A stretch of DNA of 64,000 bases from Candidatus Parcubacteria bacterium (GTDB lineage Bacteria > Patescibacteriota > Minisyncoccia > JACPXH01): contig JACPXH010000007.1 in assembly GCA_016196625.1 (NCBI GenBank), positions 150,461 through 214,460 on the forward strand, given 5' to 3'. The position numbers and the translations under genes are program-made. Below are positions 18,825 through 29,265 of this stretch, one piece after another. Each line of letters begins with the position of its first letter. Position 1 is the first letter of the stretch. A model generated the notes under the pieces. It ran no database searches, was not told the origin of the DNA, and saw only the letters and a program-made list of their open reading frames with translations.

Positions 18825-19418
18825 ATGGGAGGAGTCGGGAGTAGCCAGCGAGATTTGTTTGGCCCTAGGTTCTCGCAACCCCAGCGGGAGTTTGTCCGGA
18901 AGCGCCTCGAGGAAGTTGGGTGGGTTTGGAAACGGGTCCTCTTGGCTACGCTGTCCTATCAGTTCACGGAGGAATTCCGGGAGACCCGTCCGGACGGAAG
19001 TTTTCGGCGGTTGCTCAAACGCCTCGCGGATAAGAATGCAAGGGATGTTGAGCGGCTGCGTACTCTTCAGGAGTCCAAGGGGCGAACCGAGCCGAAGTTG
19101 AAAGGGGCAGCGAAGCAAAAGCCTCGCTCCTACGAGGGGCCGACTCGTTTCAGTCCGGAAGAGGAACAGACGATCGTCTCGGTCGCGCCCGACTGCGTCA
19201 TCGTCGAGCACATCGTCGATTACGATGCGATTACTCGGAAACTCGACGAGATGTTCCCGGGACGACGCGGCAAGTGGAATCGTGACGGTATCCGAGCGAT
19301 CCTGAAGCGCCACGGCGTCTACGACCGTCTGCTGCAGGGCGAGCGGCCCATGCCAATCGTGGTCAGGCCGCCGAGCGACCCCGTGGAACATCACAAGCTG
19401 CTTCGGGGTCTACTGTAG
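18825..19418 (+). CDS. Hypothetical protein
   Basis: 197-aa ORF with GGGAGG RBS; no recognised motif. Confidence 0.55.
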   Translation: MGGVGSSQRDLFGPRFSQPQREFVRKRLEEVGWVWKRVLLATLSYQFTEEFRETRPDGSFRRLLKRLADKNARDVERLRTLQESKGRTEPKLKGAAKQKPRSYEGPTRFSPEEEQTIVSVAPDCVIVEHIVDYDAITRKLDEMFPGRRGKWNRDGIRAILKRHGVYDRLLQGERPMPIVVRPPSDPVEHHKLLRGLL

Positions 19419-19423
19419 AGCGT

Positions 19424-19696
19424 ATGGGAAAGCTTAACACCGAGCTTGCGAAGCTGCGTGAGGCGCACGTCCGGGCGACGAGGGCGATTGAAGCCGCCGA
19501 GGCGCCAGTTGATGTTGGTCGTGATAGAGACGCAGGGCTTGTCCCCGCGCTCCATCCAGACGATCAAACACAGATCGTCCTTTCCGGAGGAGTGATTGCC
19601 AATTTGGTTGCATCCTCCATCGGTTATGGTTCCGGCGATCCCACAGACGAGGCAGACGAGGCGCCCTTCGCCTCAGACGACGTGCCCTTCGCTTAA
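19424..19696 (+). CDS. Hypothetical protein with acidic DDVPF C-terminus
   Basis: ATG start 5 nt after the previous stop; followed by a terminator. Confidence 0.5.
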   Translation: MGKLNTELAKLREAHVRATRAIEAAEAPVDVGRDRDAGLVPALHPDDQTQIVLSGGVIANLVASSIGYGSGDPTDEADEAPFASDDVPFA

Positions 19697-19715
19697 CCAA
19701 AAGGTAGTCTCGTTG

Positions 19716-19772
19716 CGCCCCGTCTCGAGTCCGTCAGCTGGCGGATTGAGGGACGGGGCGCTTCTCTTTTTC
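19716..19772 (+). terminator. Rho-independent terminator-like hairpin
   Basis: GCGCCCCGTC...GACGGGGCGC followed by TTCTCTTTTT. Confidence 0.6.
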
Positions 19773-19801
19773 TTGCCATCTATTGACAGACGGCGTATAA
19801 T
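19773..19801 (+). promoter_or_regulatory. Sigma70 promoter of uvrA
   Basis: TTGCCA-N17-TATAAT. Confidence 0.7.
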
Positions 19802-19809
19802 TTTCATTC

Positions 19810-19914
19810 ACCCCGTTAGAACGCCACCCATTCTGTCGGCGGCTAGAGAGGGGAATAACCATGGGAGTATGATGTTTCTATCGGCGGGTCGCAAAGCGTC
19901 CGCTCTAACGGGGT
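19810..19914. mobile_element. MITE-like element ACCCCGTTAGA...TCTAACGGGGT in the uvrA leader
   Basis: 11-bp perfect terminal IR. Confidence 0.65.
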
Positions 19915-19919
19915 TCACC

Positions 19920-22913
19920 ATGCCGAGGGCAAAGAAAAAATCTACTGGGGGCGGCCCCATAGCATCGCCGATGCGGCGAGCTACGAGGCAAGGCGCGATT
20001 CGTATTCGAGGTGCACGAGTGCACAATCTCAAAAACATTGACGTGGACATCCCGCGCAATAAACTCGTCGTGATCACGGGTTTATCGGGATCAGGCAAGT
20101 CGTCCCTTGCGTTTGATACCCTCTACGCCGAAGGCCAGCGCCGGTACGTGGAATCACTCTCGGCCTACGCGCGCCAGTTCTTGGGTGTGATGGACAAGCC
20201 CGACGTGGATACAATCGAGGGGCTGTCCCCCGCTATTTCCATTGATCAAAAAAGTGTCTCCAAAAATCCGCGCTCCACGGTTGGTACGATTACCGAAGTG
20301 ATGGACTATCTGCGGTTGCTCTACGCCCGGGTGGGGAAGCCCCACTGCCCCAAGTGCGGACGCGCCGTAACGCGCCAGACCGTAACCCAAATTACCGATC
20401 AGGTCTTGAAGCTTCCGAAAACTTCGCGCGCGCTCATCTTGGCGCCCATGGTCAAAGATCGCAAAGGCGAGCACCGGCAGCTCTTGGTCGACTTGGAGCG
20501 CCGCGGCTTTAGCCGTGTGCTCATCAACGGCGAAGTCTTGCGTATTGAGGATGCCAAGCGTCTTATCTTTGATAAGCACACCAAGCACACGATTGACGTG
20601 GTCGTAGATCGTATCGAGATTGGAGCAGACGTTGACCGGCCGCGCGTGGCTGATTCGGTGGAGATCGCGCTGCGGCTTGGCGACGGCATGATGGCTGTGT
20701 CTGTGGTTGAAGACGCGACTAGGCTGCAGCTGCAGTCGCCGCGCCCGCCCAAAGTTGGCACCGCCAAGTCGCTCAAAGCCGGAGGCAGCCCTGGAGACCT
20801 CATTTTCTCCGAGCACTTCGCCTGCCAGCACTGCAACGTTAACCTCCCCGAGATAGAGCCGCGTACATTCTCGTTTAATAGCCCCCACGGCGCCTGCCCC
20901 ACCTGCACGGGTTTGGGAAGCTTGCTTAAGGTTGATCCCAAGCTGGTGTTTCCCAACCCACGTCTGACACTCGCCGAGGGTGCGATCCGTCCGTGGGCCT
21001 CGGCTTCGCACCGCGTGGGCCGGCAGTCGTGGTATTGGTGGATTTTGGACGAGCTGTCCAAGAAACACGGCTTTTCACTCTCGACGCCCGTGAAGGATCT
21101 GTCCAAGAAAATCATTGACCTGATTTTGTATGGTGAGCAGGGCGCTCTGATGCTCCGCTCAGGCGATTGGGAAGGCCGGACTGAATTTGAGGGCGTCATT
21201 CCCAACCTCGAGCGACGCTGGAAAGAAAGCGATTCGGAGTTCACGCGTGGCGAGATTGAACGCTATATGGTGATCACGAAATGCCACGCGTGTCTTGGCA
21301 AGCGTCTCCGGCCCGAAGCCTTGGCGGTGAAGGTTGTTGGTCAGACGATTGATCGGGTACTTAACTCGCCGGTGAGCGCATCAGCGACACTGTTCCGTTC
21401 GTGGCTTACGGATGGTGTATTTACCGTGGCCGAGCGCACGATTGCTACACCTCTCCTCAAAGAGATTTTGAACCGGCTCCAGTTTCTCCTTGAGGTGGGG
21501 CTCGATTACCTCACGCTTCATCGCGAGTCCACAACGCTTTCCGGTGGCGAAGGCCAGCGCATCAGGCTCGCCACACAAATCGGCTCGCAGCTGACCGGAG
21601 TGCTCTACATATTAGACGAACCTTCGGTGGGGCTGCATGCGCGCGATCAAGCTCGGCTCATCGCGACCTTGAAAGAACTTCGAGATTTGGGTAACACCGT
21701 GGTCGTGGTGGAGCACGATCCGCAGACGATCGAAGCGGCGGACTGGGTAGTGGACATCGGCCCGGGCGCGGGCAAGCACGGCGGGCGGGTGGTCTTTACC
21801 GGAACGCCTCGCGAGCTCAAGCGTTCAAAGACTTTAACCGGCGAGTATCTGTCCGGGCGCAAGCGCGTGGGCGCGCCCACGCCCGCAGAGCGCGGGCCAC
21901 ACGACGATGGCAAACGCCTTACGATCCGCGGCGCATCTGAACACAATCTGAAAAACATTGACGTTGCGATACCGCTCGGCAAGACGGTGTGCATCACGGG
22001 TGTGTCTGGCTCTGGCAAATCAACTTTGATGAACGACATCCTGGGGCAAGCGCTGCTCAACCGGTTCTACCACGCGCACACGCAGCCCGGCGCGCATGAA
22101 GCAATCGAAGGTTTCGAACAGCTTGATAAGGTGGTCATCGTGGATCAGTCGCCAATCGGCCGGACTCCCCGCTCAAACCCCGCCACCTACACCGGCGCTT
22201 TCGGTCCTGTCCGCGAACTATTTGCGAGAACCCAAGAAGCCCGCATGCGCGGCTACACGCCCGGGCGCTTTTCGTTTAACGTCAAAGGCGGCCGGTGCGA
22301 GACCTGCGAAGGCCAAGGGTTTAAGAGAATCGAGATGCAGTTTTTGGCAGACGTATATGTGGAGTGCGAGGATTGCCACGGAAAACGGTATAACCGTGAA
22401 GCACTTGAGGTTCAGTGGAACGGGAAGAACGTCGCCGAGGTGCTGGCCATGACGATTGAGGAAGCGCTCCAGTTTTTCAAAAACATCCCGGCAGTCAAAT
22501 CAAAAATCAAAACCATGGTGGAGGTGGGGCTCGGGTACATGCAGTTGGGCCAACCCGCGCCGTCTTTGTCTGGCGGCGAAGCCCAGCGCATTAAGTTGGC
22601 TGCCGAACTTTCGCGCCGCGCCACCGGCAAAACCTTATATATATTGGATGAGCCCACGACCGGCCTGCATTTTGATGATGTGCGTAAACTCTTGCACGTG
22701 TTGACTGAACTCGTGGCCAAGGGCAACACGGTTTTGGTGATTGAGCACAATCTTGACGTGGTCCGCTCGGCAGATTGGGTTATTGATCTTGGTCCGGAGG
22801 GCGGGGAAGATGGCGGTCGGATCGTCGCCGCCGGCACTCCAAAAGACATCGCAAAAGTGAAAGCGAGCTATACCGGGCAGTTTTTGCGACTTGCGGGTCG
22901 TGCAGGTCGTTAG
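19920..22913 (+). CDS. uvrA: Excinuclease ABC subunit A
   Basis: [23 protein letters not shown], zinc fingers, [12 protein letters not shown], second ABC module [17 protein letters not shown]. Confidence 0.98.
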   Translation: MPRAKKKSTGGGPIASPMRRATRQGAIRIRGARVHNLKNIDVDIPRNKLVVITGLSGSGKSSLAFDTLYAEGQRRYVESLSAYARQFLGVMDKPDVDTIEGLSPAISIDQKSVSKNPRSTVGTITEVMDYLRLLYARVGKPHCPKCGRAVTRQTVTQITDQVLKLPKTSRALILAPMVKDRKGEHRQLLVDLERRGFSRVLINGEVLRIEDAKRLIFDKHTKHTIDVVVDRIEIGADVDRPRVADSVEIALRLGDGMMAVSVVEDATRLQLQSPRPPKVGTAKSLKAGGSPGDLIFSEHFACQHCNVNLPEIEPRTFSFNSPHGACPTCTGLGSLLKVDPKLVFPNPRLTLAEGAIRPWASASHRVGRQSWYWWILDELSKKHGFSLSTPVKDLSKKIIDLILYGEQGALMLRSGDWEGRTEFEGVIPNLERRWKESDSEFTRGEIERYMVITKCHACLGKRLRPEALAVKVVGQTIDRVLNSPVSASATLFRSWLTDGVFTVAERTIATPLLKEILNRLQFLLEVGLDYLTLHRESTTLSGGEGQRIRLATQIGSQLTGVLYILDEPSVGLHARDQARLIATLKELRDLGNTVVVVEHDPQTIEAADWVVDIGPGAGKHGGRVVFTGTPRELKRSKTLTGEYLSGRKRVGAPTPAERGPHDDGKRLTIRGASEHNLKNIDVAIPLGKTVCITGVSGSGKSTLMNDILGQALLNRFYHAHTQPGAHEAIEGFEQLDKVVIVDQSPIGRTPRSNPATYTGAFGPVRELFARTQEARMRGYTPGRFSFNVKGGRCETCEGQGFKRIEMQFLADVYVECEDCHGKRYNREALEVQWNGKNVAEVLAMTIEEALQFFKNIPAVKSKIKTMVEVGLGYMQLGQPAPSLSGGEAQRIKLAAELSRRATGKTLYILDEPTTGLHFDDVRKLLHVLTELVAKGNTVLVIEHNLDVVRSADWVIDLGPEGGEDGGRIVAAGTPKDIAKVKASYTGQFLRLAGRAGR

Positions 22914-22983
22914 TCAGGTTACACGCATTTTGGACAGTTTGCCTCGGGCGTTACCTCGTTTGGACAAGTCATGCAACGTGTGG

Positions 22984-23225
22984 CAGGCGCCGCACTCCCT
23001 CAGCGATCGTTCGCTCGTCCAGCGACTCGCAATCAAGGAATGCTCCGGGGCGGCGCATTCGGCCTCGCGTCCCTCGATACAACTCGGGACAAGCTCGGCC
23101 GGCGCCGCCCGTTCGGAACCAAGCAGTTGGCTCCTCACCCTCGCTGGCGGCCGATCGCTCAACGCGTTGAGCGCTCGGACCGTGCCCGCCAGCTGCGGAT
23201 GTCGCTTCGGGAGCGACGGCGCCTG
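22984..23225. repeat. Structured repeat, copy 2, with nested insertion
   Basis: Terminal IR CAGGCGCCG/CGGCGCCTG; shares CGTCCAGCGACTC and CTCAAC..GTTGAG..CTCGGACCGTGCC..CTGCGGATGTCG with 15900-16046. Confidence 0.8.
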
Positions 23226-23371
23226 ACCCAATCGGTAGCAACCCTCGCCGATAGTGCGCGTCCGAAATGTGTTCGTCCCGACGCATCATTGACAAACCAT
23301 TATCGCTGTAGTTCCATTTGTTCGTGCGAGCGTTCTGTGGCCTGCAAACCGCCACAGAGGAGGACCGGGCA

Positions 23372-23713
23372 ATGGGAGGCGGAAGGGAGTACCTGCATTC
23401 CATTAAAGGGAGGGCACTTCTCATGGAGGCGTACAAGACGACTTGCGCCGATTGCGGGCATGTTCGGTTCTGGGTGGGCTACAAGACTGGGATCGGAAAG
23501 ACACCAGAGCAGCTACGGGCGATGGAAGAAGAGATGGTGACTTGCGTTGCCTGCGGTTCGAAGCAAGCCACCACCGATCTCGACCACGAAACAGAAGCCG
23601 GGAAGACGTTTGATGCGCAGGCGCAGATGCTCGTTCAGGCGATCGCCGGGTTACTTCGGAAGCCGCAGCTCGGCACAGATACCTCCGGTAATGGCAAAAG
23701 CAAAGGAGGGTAG
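23372..23713 (+). CDS. Hypothetical zinc-ribbon protein (alternative start 23423)
   Basis: CADC and CVAC pairs; GGAGG RBS. Confidence 0.6.
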   Translation: MGGGREYLHSIKGRALLMEAYKTTCADCGHVRFWVGYKTGIGKTPEQLRAMEEEMVTCVACGSKQATTDLDHETEAGKTFDAQAQMLVQAIAGLLRKPQLGTDTSGNGKSKGG

Positions 23714-23717
23714 CGCG

Positions 23718-24074
23718 GTGGGAGTGGAGAGTACGTACGTTCTGCCAGTAAAGGCAGGAACGGTGTTGCGAACCGATCGTGGGTTCCAGCGGATCGCCGA
23801 GGTGGGTTCGAGTTGTACTGATCCTTTCGGCTGTGTGGTGCCGGTTCGACTCGATGACGGCACCCACCGGCTCGTGGTCTGCGAGGGCATGCGGTTCCGG
23901 ACATTTGTGGCGGCAGACCACTTCGTGAACCAGTTGATTCACGAGTCTCCGGTCATGCCTAAGGTGGGTAACCTAGGTAGGGCGCGTTCCTTTTACATGG
24001 AGGTAGTCAGAAAGGATGGCGACCCCATCGATATCGAGTTGCCGCTTCCCTACTGCAATGAGAGGAGGGTGTAG
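23718..24074 (+). CDS. Hypothetical protein
   Basis: GTG start after AAGGAGG; tight operon spacing. Confidence 0.5.
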   Translation: MGVESTYVLPVKAGTVLRTDRGFQRIAEVGSSCTDPFGCVVPVRLDDGTHRLVVCEGMRFRTFVAADHFVNQLIHESPVMPKVGNLGRARSFYMEVVRKDGDPIDIELPLPYCNERRV

Positions 24075-24076
24075 CG

Positions 24077-24442
24077 ATGCCGTTCGCGCTCGTGTTCCAT
24101 CACGCGCACGTTTCGGTCGGAGAGCTGGATAAGCTTCGGCAGGGCCTTCCCCATGCGATTGCCGGAGCGCTCTCGGTTCCGGGGACCGAAGCAGCCCTCG
24201 AGCCGAGCGAGATCGAAGTCAAGATGTTTCCTTTCGGGCCGTTCGATGTTTCGCAGGGGTATGAGGTGGCCATTGTCATCTTTGCCAACGATTACCCCGA
24301 ACGTCGGAAGATTGTCGATGCTGCGGTAAAACGGATCGGCCAGGAAGCGCGTCGGTGCCTTGCTCCCAACACGCCCGGGTTCGTCTGGATTCGCTTGGCT
24401 CCGGCGGCTTTCTACGATTTTGGAGCCAGGGAGGGTCCGTGA
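24077..24442 (+). CDS. Hypothetical protein, possible tautomerase-like fold
   Basis: Met-Pro start, alternating strand/helix pattern; AGGAGG RBS. Confidence 0.55.
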   Translation: MPFALVFHHAHVSVGELDKLRQGLPHAIAGALSVPGTEAALEPSEIEVKMFPFGPFDVSQGYEVAIVIFANDYPERRKIVDAAVKRIGQEARRCLAPNTPGFVWIRLAPAAFYDFGAREGP

Positions 24443-24562
24443 ATGCATGCAGGGCGAGCGCCATCCGGCGCTCGCCCTGTTTCCTTCATGGCGTCCTCCT
24501 TCGTTCTCTTTCGGCCGATACTTTCTTGACCGCACGTTTATCTTTAGATAAACTTTCACCAT

Positions 24563-24781
24563 ATGGCACATATTATTGGTTTGAAGGAGCTTCGCGAGAA
24601 CGTTGACGCGTACGTTTCCCAAGTGGGAAAAGGAAAATCGTTTATCGTTGTGCGGCGCTCCAAACCCATATTCAAAATTTCCTCCGCCTCCGAGGCACCA
24701 GAATCGTGGGAGCCAGTCGCTGATTTTACCAAGTTGAGGAAGGGAGGGGTTGGGCTTGAAGAATTGCTTGCGCGTCTCTAG
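24563..24781 (+). CDS. Phd/YefM-family antitoxin
   Basis: IIGLKELREN...V..GKSFIVVRRSKPIFKI. Confidence 0.8.
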   Translation: MAHIIGLKELRENVDAYVSQVGKGKSFIVVRRSKPIFKISSASEAPESWEPVADFTKLRKGGVGLEELLARL

Positions 24782-24788
24782 GTTACAC

Positions 24789-25028
24789 ATGGATCGGATT
24801 GAAAAGGCGCTGCGGAAGCTTTCACCAAAGGAACGGGTGCGTGTGCGGCACATACTGGAGCGGTTTCAACGGAAAGATGTCCGCGGCCTCGACATGCAGA
24901 AACTGAAGGCCCGGAGCGATGTTTTTCGGGTCCACAAGGGCGACATTCGGATCATTTTTCGGACCAAAGGCGACGACATTTTCGTATTGGCGATTGAACG
25001 GCGGAGTGAGAGCACCTACCGCCTCTAA
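24789..25028 (+). CDS. RelE/ParE-family toxin
   Basis: KALRKL...KLK...FRVHKGDIRIIF...VLAIERRSESTY; downstream of antitoxin. Confidence 0.8.
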   Translation: MDRIEKALRKLSPKERVRVRHILERFQRKDVRGLDMQKLKARSDVFRVHKGDIRIIFRTKGDDIFVLAIERRSESTYRL

Positions 25029-25059
25029 AATTGTTTGTGGTGCCAAAGGCAACAAACGC

Positions 25060-26103
25060 ATGGCGTATCCACTCAAAGACGCCGTCCTCGCCACCATCGC
25101 CTACCACGACGTGTTGGAGCTTCCCCTCACGCGCTTTGAGGTGGAGCGGTATTTGATCAGGCCCGAACTCCTTGGCGTTTTCCAAGGGGGGGTTCGTTTC
25201 ACGAAGCCATTCGGTCATCGCGAGGCCCCGGAGGGGCCGTGGCGATCTCGAGGGCTTGCTCGCAATGACGGGTCTGATTTGCCGCAGGACATCGGCGTTA
25301 CGCTTGAATCACTCCATCACGAAAAGAAGGTTAGCTGCCGAAACGGTTTTTGGTGTTTGCCCGGCCGCGAGCACGTGGTTACGGAACGCATCGAAAAGCA
25401 TAAGCTGGCCGAAACCAAGTGGAAAATTCTGCAACGGTGGGGGAGGCTGCTTGCGTACGTGCCGTTCGTGCGGCTGGTGTTGGCTTCGGGTTCGTTGGTG
25501 TTCCACAATACCCAACCGGGTTCGGATCTGGACGTGTTGCTCGTGGCGAAGTATGGCCGCATTTGGACGGTGCGAGCCTTGAGCACTGGTTTGTTGGAGT
25601 TGTTCGGCCAGCGCCGGCATGGGAGCAAAATCGCTGATCGCATCTGTTTTAACCACTTCCTCACGGATCAAACGCTCACCATGCCCTACCCGAGTCTGTA
25701 CAATGCCATGACGTACGTTCGGCTCATCCCGCTTTTGGAGCTCGGGGTAACGTTAAAGCATTTTCTTGCCGCCAATGCCTGGCTGGGCGAGTATCTTGAA
25801 CAGGTACCCCAACCGAATCTTGGTTCTTGGAAAACCGCGCGTCGGCCGCCGGGGTCAATGGCCGCCCAAACTTTTTTTGAATGGTTGCTCTCGGGTTTCT
25901 TTGGTAGATGGCTGGAGGCGCGGTTAAAGCAGATACAAAAGAGACGCATCGAGGCTGACCCGCGTAGTTTCGAGCCTGGCGGACGCGTGGTGGCCGACGA
26001 CACCCAACTCGAATTTCATCCGGCTTCGCCAGAAGGCGTGGTACTGGCCGATTATGAGGGTCGCCTGGCCGCACTTGGCTTGATAGAAGGGGAGGGGGGT
26101 TGA
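25060..26103 (+). CDS. Nucleotidyltransferase-domain protein (conserved hypothetical)
   Basis: VPFVRLVLASGSL...SDLDVLLV (GS-x-DxD motif). Confidence 0.7.
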   Translation: MAYPLKDAVLATIAYHDVLELPLTRFEVERYLIRPELLGVFQGGVRFTKPFGHREAPEGPWRSRGLARNDGSDLPQDIGVTLESLHHEKKVSCRNGFWCLPGREHVVTERIEKHKLAETKWKILQRWGRLLAYVPFVRLVLASGSLVFHNTQPGSDLDVLLVAKYGRIWTVRALSTGLLELFGQRRHGSKIADRICFNHFLTDQTLTMPYPSLYNAMTYVRLIPLLELGVTLKHFLAANAWLGEYLEQVPQPNLGSWKTARRPPGSMAAQTFFEWLLSGFFGRWLEARLKQIQKRRIEADPRSFEPGGRVVADDTQLEFHPASPEGVVLADYEGRLAALGLIEGEGG

Positions 26104-26157
26104 CTATTGTCTCAGTATCTGATATTATTAAAGGAATTCTAGTTTTTGCGAACTCTA

Positions 26158-29100
26158 ATGCAAAAAATCACGCCATATCTTCTTGCTGGCTTGGTGTCGG
26201 TGGTTTTCGTTTTTGCGTTTGCGCTGACTGGAGCGACGCAGGTCGCAGCGGCGACGAATTGCGCGGCTGTGCCGGGCTATACCCTTTCGACCGCAGCCTT
26301 GTGCACGACGACTACCGTAACTCTCTCCGGCACGACTGCCACCATCACCTCCTCAACCGTGCGTCAGGATGCGTCGGGCACTGAGCAGGGCTTGCCGCCC
26401 TCAAACTGGGGCATTGCGAGCGACATTCGGGTGTTTATTGATGATAGGTATTACTGCGGCAGCTCAACCCACACGGTTAGCTGTTTCGTGGCCAATCTTT
26501 CTGGCGGTCCCCATCAATTCAAAACAATCTGGACGGGTAGCGCATCCAGTCAGAGCATATCCACCACCAACTACGATAGCTTCACGATTGCGCTCCCCAA
26601 CCTGACGGTAAGTTCCATTACTCCTATAGGCACGCCCACCGTAAATCAGTCATTCGCCATTCAAGCGGTCATCACGAATAACGGTACCGCATCGGCAGCA
26701 TCGTCGTGGGCGCAAACCGCAATCGGCGTACAAGGCAGTTCGAACGCTACGATCAGTGGCTTTACCACGCCTGCGCTTGCGGCCGGCAGTTCCTACACGG
26801 CAACATTTTCATACACGCCCGCTATTGCCGGCACATACGCGATCAACGTGTGCGCGGATGTGGGCGGCAGTGTGGCCGAGTCAAATGAAGACCCCTATAC
26901 CGATAACTGTAAAACCGTCCCGGTAACCGTTTCAGCGCCCGCCGTTACCTCCGTGACCGCCGACCTCAAAAGCAACGGCGCGGATGGGCCGCTGACTATC
27001 GGCTACCGTCAGTCAGTGCCGCTCTCTTGGATAAGCACGAACGCGACCGGTTGTTCTATTCTCATACCGGGCCTGAACTCGGTCTCCGGCGGGCCAAGCG
27101 GCTTTATGACTGCTGGACCTCTTGAATCATCCGGGGTAGTTGTGCTCACTTGTACGAACGCGAGTGGCGCAAACGGATCAGACACGCTCACCGTCAACGT
27201 AAGTCCGGCGCCCACGCCTTCAATTTCCAATGTGTTTGCCGCGCCCAGTACCTTCACGCGGGGCGATTATCTTACGATCACGATTGTGGGCGAAGAATTC
27301 GGCGCCACACCCGGCGTGCTCGAAGAGATGACCGGTTATGGCGGCACGGTTAAAAATAGTTATGTCCGCGGCGAGTACAACAGATGGGAGTTGACGTGGA
27401 GCAATACGCAAATCAGCGTACGGATTTTCCCCTCGGTTACGCAAGATTACGCGCTGGGGCCGCGGACGGTTTACGTGCGGGTTGCAAACCAGTTTAATCA
27501 ACGCAGTACCGTGCAACCAGTTACCGCAACCGTAAATCCGGGCTCTACCAGCGCTCTCGCTCCCACCCTGACCGAAGTGTACGTGAACCCACGTCCCGGC
27601 ATCCGCGGGCAAACAGCCACCGCATTTTTCAACGGTGTGCTCAACGCCGACTCCTGCACCTTTCAATATAAGGGTACCGGGGAGGCGGCGTGGGGCAACG
27701 CTACCACTGGCAGTTGCACCACCGGCGTTACCTTCACCGTGCCGGCAGATCTGCCGCGGGGTCTCTATTTGCTTCAGGGTAGGGCCTGTCGGAATGACGG
27801 CACCTGCTCGGAATATCGTCAGATGGTGGGCGAGTGGCAGATCAATCCGTCTCCGACTGAACCGGCCGTAACTTCCGGCCGAGCTGTCATTGACGGATTT
27901 CGCGTCATCACTCCGGACACCCTTTTGATCCCCGCAAGCACGAGCGCCGCTCCCACGACCAATGTTCATTTGACCGCCACATTGCGCCAAGCCTTGACCG
28001 TTTCGCTCTACTATCCATGTCGTGCGGGCTTCAACATTTTGACCGCGGCCAATGTGCAGCTTGCCTGCAATGACGAAACGACCAACACCTTCCCGCTTTC
28101 GAACGACTCGGGCGGGTTTCGGACCGCGGAGCCGATTGTGCTTGTCAGCAACGCCGTGGCCGGCGGCGGCACCATTGAGCTGCGGCTCAACGCCATCGGT
28201 CTCGACGGCGTCAGAGTCTCCCGATCCGTAACGTTCACGTTGGCAGGAGGGACGGCTGCTACGCCAATTCCGTCTCCAATTCCGTCTCCAACCTCGCCCA
28301 CCCCCTCCATCTTCAACACTTTCGCTGCTCCCTCAACCGTGGCCCAGGGCGACTACCTCACGATCACTCTCACCGGAGATAACTTCGGCGCAAACCCCGG
28401 CGTACTTGAAGAGATGACCGGTTACGGCGGCACGGTTAAAAATAGTTATGTCCGCGGCGAGTACAATCGTTGGGATCTCACCTGGACCAACACCCAGATC
28501 GCGTTCCGACTTTACCCGTCAGTCACCCAGACTTACACCACCGGTTCCCACACTCTCTATCTGCGGGTGACGAACTCGTTCAACCGGCAGAGCAATGTGG
28601 TTTCGGTGTCGGCAACTGTGACCGGAGGGACGGCTACCAATTCTCAATCGCAAACCCAAAGCCAAACGCAATCCCAGTCGCAAACGCCACCTCTCCAGAG
28701 TTCCGTGCGGCCGCTGGTCCGGGCGCAAAGCGACACGCGGGTGTTCGCCATTGTCAACAATCAACGGTTCTGGATTCCTGACACCCAGACCTTTGAGGCC
28801 GCGGGGTATCGGTGGAGCGATGTACGAGTGGTGTCAGACGTACAGGTTGGTCAGTACGCTCGGCTGCGCCTGGTGCGCGCGGGGTCTGATTCGGCGGTGT
28901 ATTACATTACGGAATCAGGCTTGAAACGTTTAATTCCCAGCCCGGCCGTGTTCGCGTCATACGGCAACCGCTGGGAGGACGTTGTGTCCATCAGTCAAGT
29001 AGAGTTGGCCGCGTATCAAAGCGTTGCATTCATTCACCGGGGAGATGGGCGAGTGTACAAAATCGAAAACGGCGTTAAGCGTTGGGTGAAAACCGAGGAG

Positions 29101-29193
29101 GCTTTCCGGCGCCTCGGCGGCCGGTGGGACCAGATTGCGCCGGTCAACCAAACCGAGTTTGAGAGCTACCCGCTTGGAGCTGATATCGAGTAG
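26158..29193 (+). CDS. Secreted/surface protein with CARDB/Ig-like domains, an internal duplication and three C-terminal repeats
   Basis: Signal peptide; PNLTVSSI...ITNNGT...ADVGGSVAESNE CARDB-like; duplicated GVLEEMTGYGGTVKNSYVRGEYNRW; repeats of LVRA.SD..V..I.....KR.I. Confidence 0.8.
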   Translation: MQKITPYLLAGLVSVVFVFAFALTGATQVAAATNCAAVPGYTLSTAALCTTTTVTLSGTTATITSSTVRQDASGTEQGLPPSNWGIASDIRVFIDDRYYCGSSTHTVSCFVANLSGGPHQFKTIWTGSASSQSISTTNYDSFTIALPNLTVSSITPIGTPTVNQSFAIQAVITNNGTASAASSWAQTAIGVQGSSNATISGFTTPALAAGSSYTATFSYTPAIAGTYAINVCADVGGSVAESNEDPYTDNCKTVPVTVSAPAVTSVTADLKSNGADGPLTIGYRQSVPLSWISTNATGCSILIPGLNSVSGGPSGFMTAGPLESSGVVVLTCTNASGANGSDTLTVNVSPAPTPSISNVFAAPSTFTRGDYLTITIVGEEFGATPGVLEEMTGYGGTVKNSYVRGEYNRWELTWSNTQISVRIFPSVTQDYALGPRTVYVRVANQFNQRSTVQPVTATVNPGSTSALAPTLTEVYVNPRPGIRGQTATAFFNGVLNADSCTFQYKGTGEAAWGNATTGSCTTGVTFTVPADLPRGLYLLQGRACRNDGTCSEYRQMVGEWQINPSPTEPAVTSGRAVIDGFRVITPDTLLIPASTSAAPTTNVHLTATLRQALTVSLYYPCRAGFNILTAANVQLACNDETTNTFPLSNDSGGFRTAEPIVLVSNAVAGGGTIELRLNAIGLDGVRVSRSVTFTLAGGTAATPIPSPIPSPTSPTPSIFNTFAAPSTVAQGDYLTITLTGDNFGANPGVLEEMTGYGGTVKNSYVRGEYNRWDLTWTNTQIAFRLYPSVTQTYTTGSHTLYLRVTNSFNRQSNVVSVSATVTGGTATNSQSQTQSQTQSQSQTPPLQSSVRPLVRAQSDTRVFAIVNNQRFWIPDTQTFEAAGYRWSDVRVVSDVQVGQYARLRLVRAGSDSAVYYITESGLKRLIPSPAVFASYGNRWEDVVSISQVELAAYQSVAFIHRGDGRVYKIENGVKRWVKTEEAFRRLGGRWDQIAPVNQTEFESYPLGADIE

Positions 29194-29265
29194 CCACGGT
29201 TGATCCGGTCGGAGGGTTCAAGCGGAAACGATTGCGCCGCGGCAGCGGCGTGGTAGCATGATGTC

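Noticed and set aside
19596-19919. 108-aa N-terminal extension of UvrA in the ORF track
   Set aside because: It spans another ORF's end, a terminator, a promoter and a MITE; the real start is probably 19920
20154-21244. Long antisense ORFs opposite uvrA (and similar ones opposite rnj, groEL, secA and the giant gene)
   Set aside because: Shadow ORFs expected from GC-rich codon bias; no motifs or RBS
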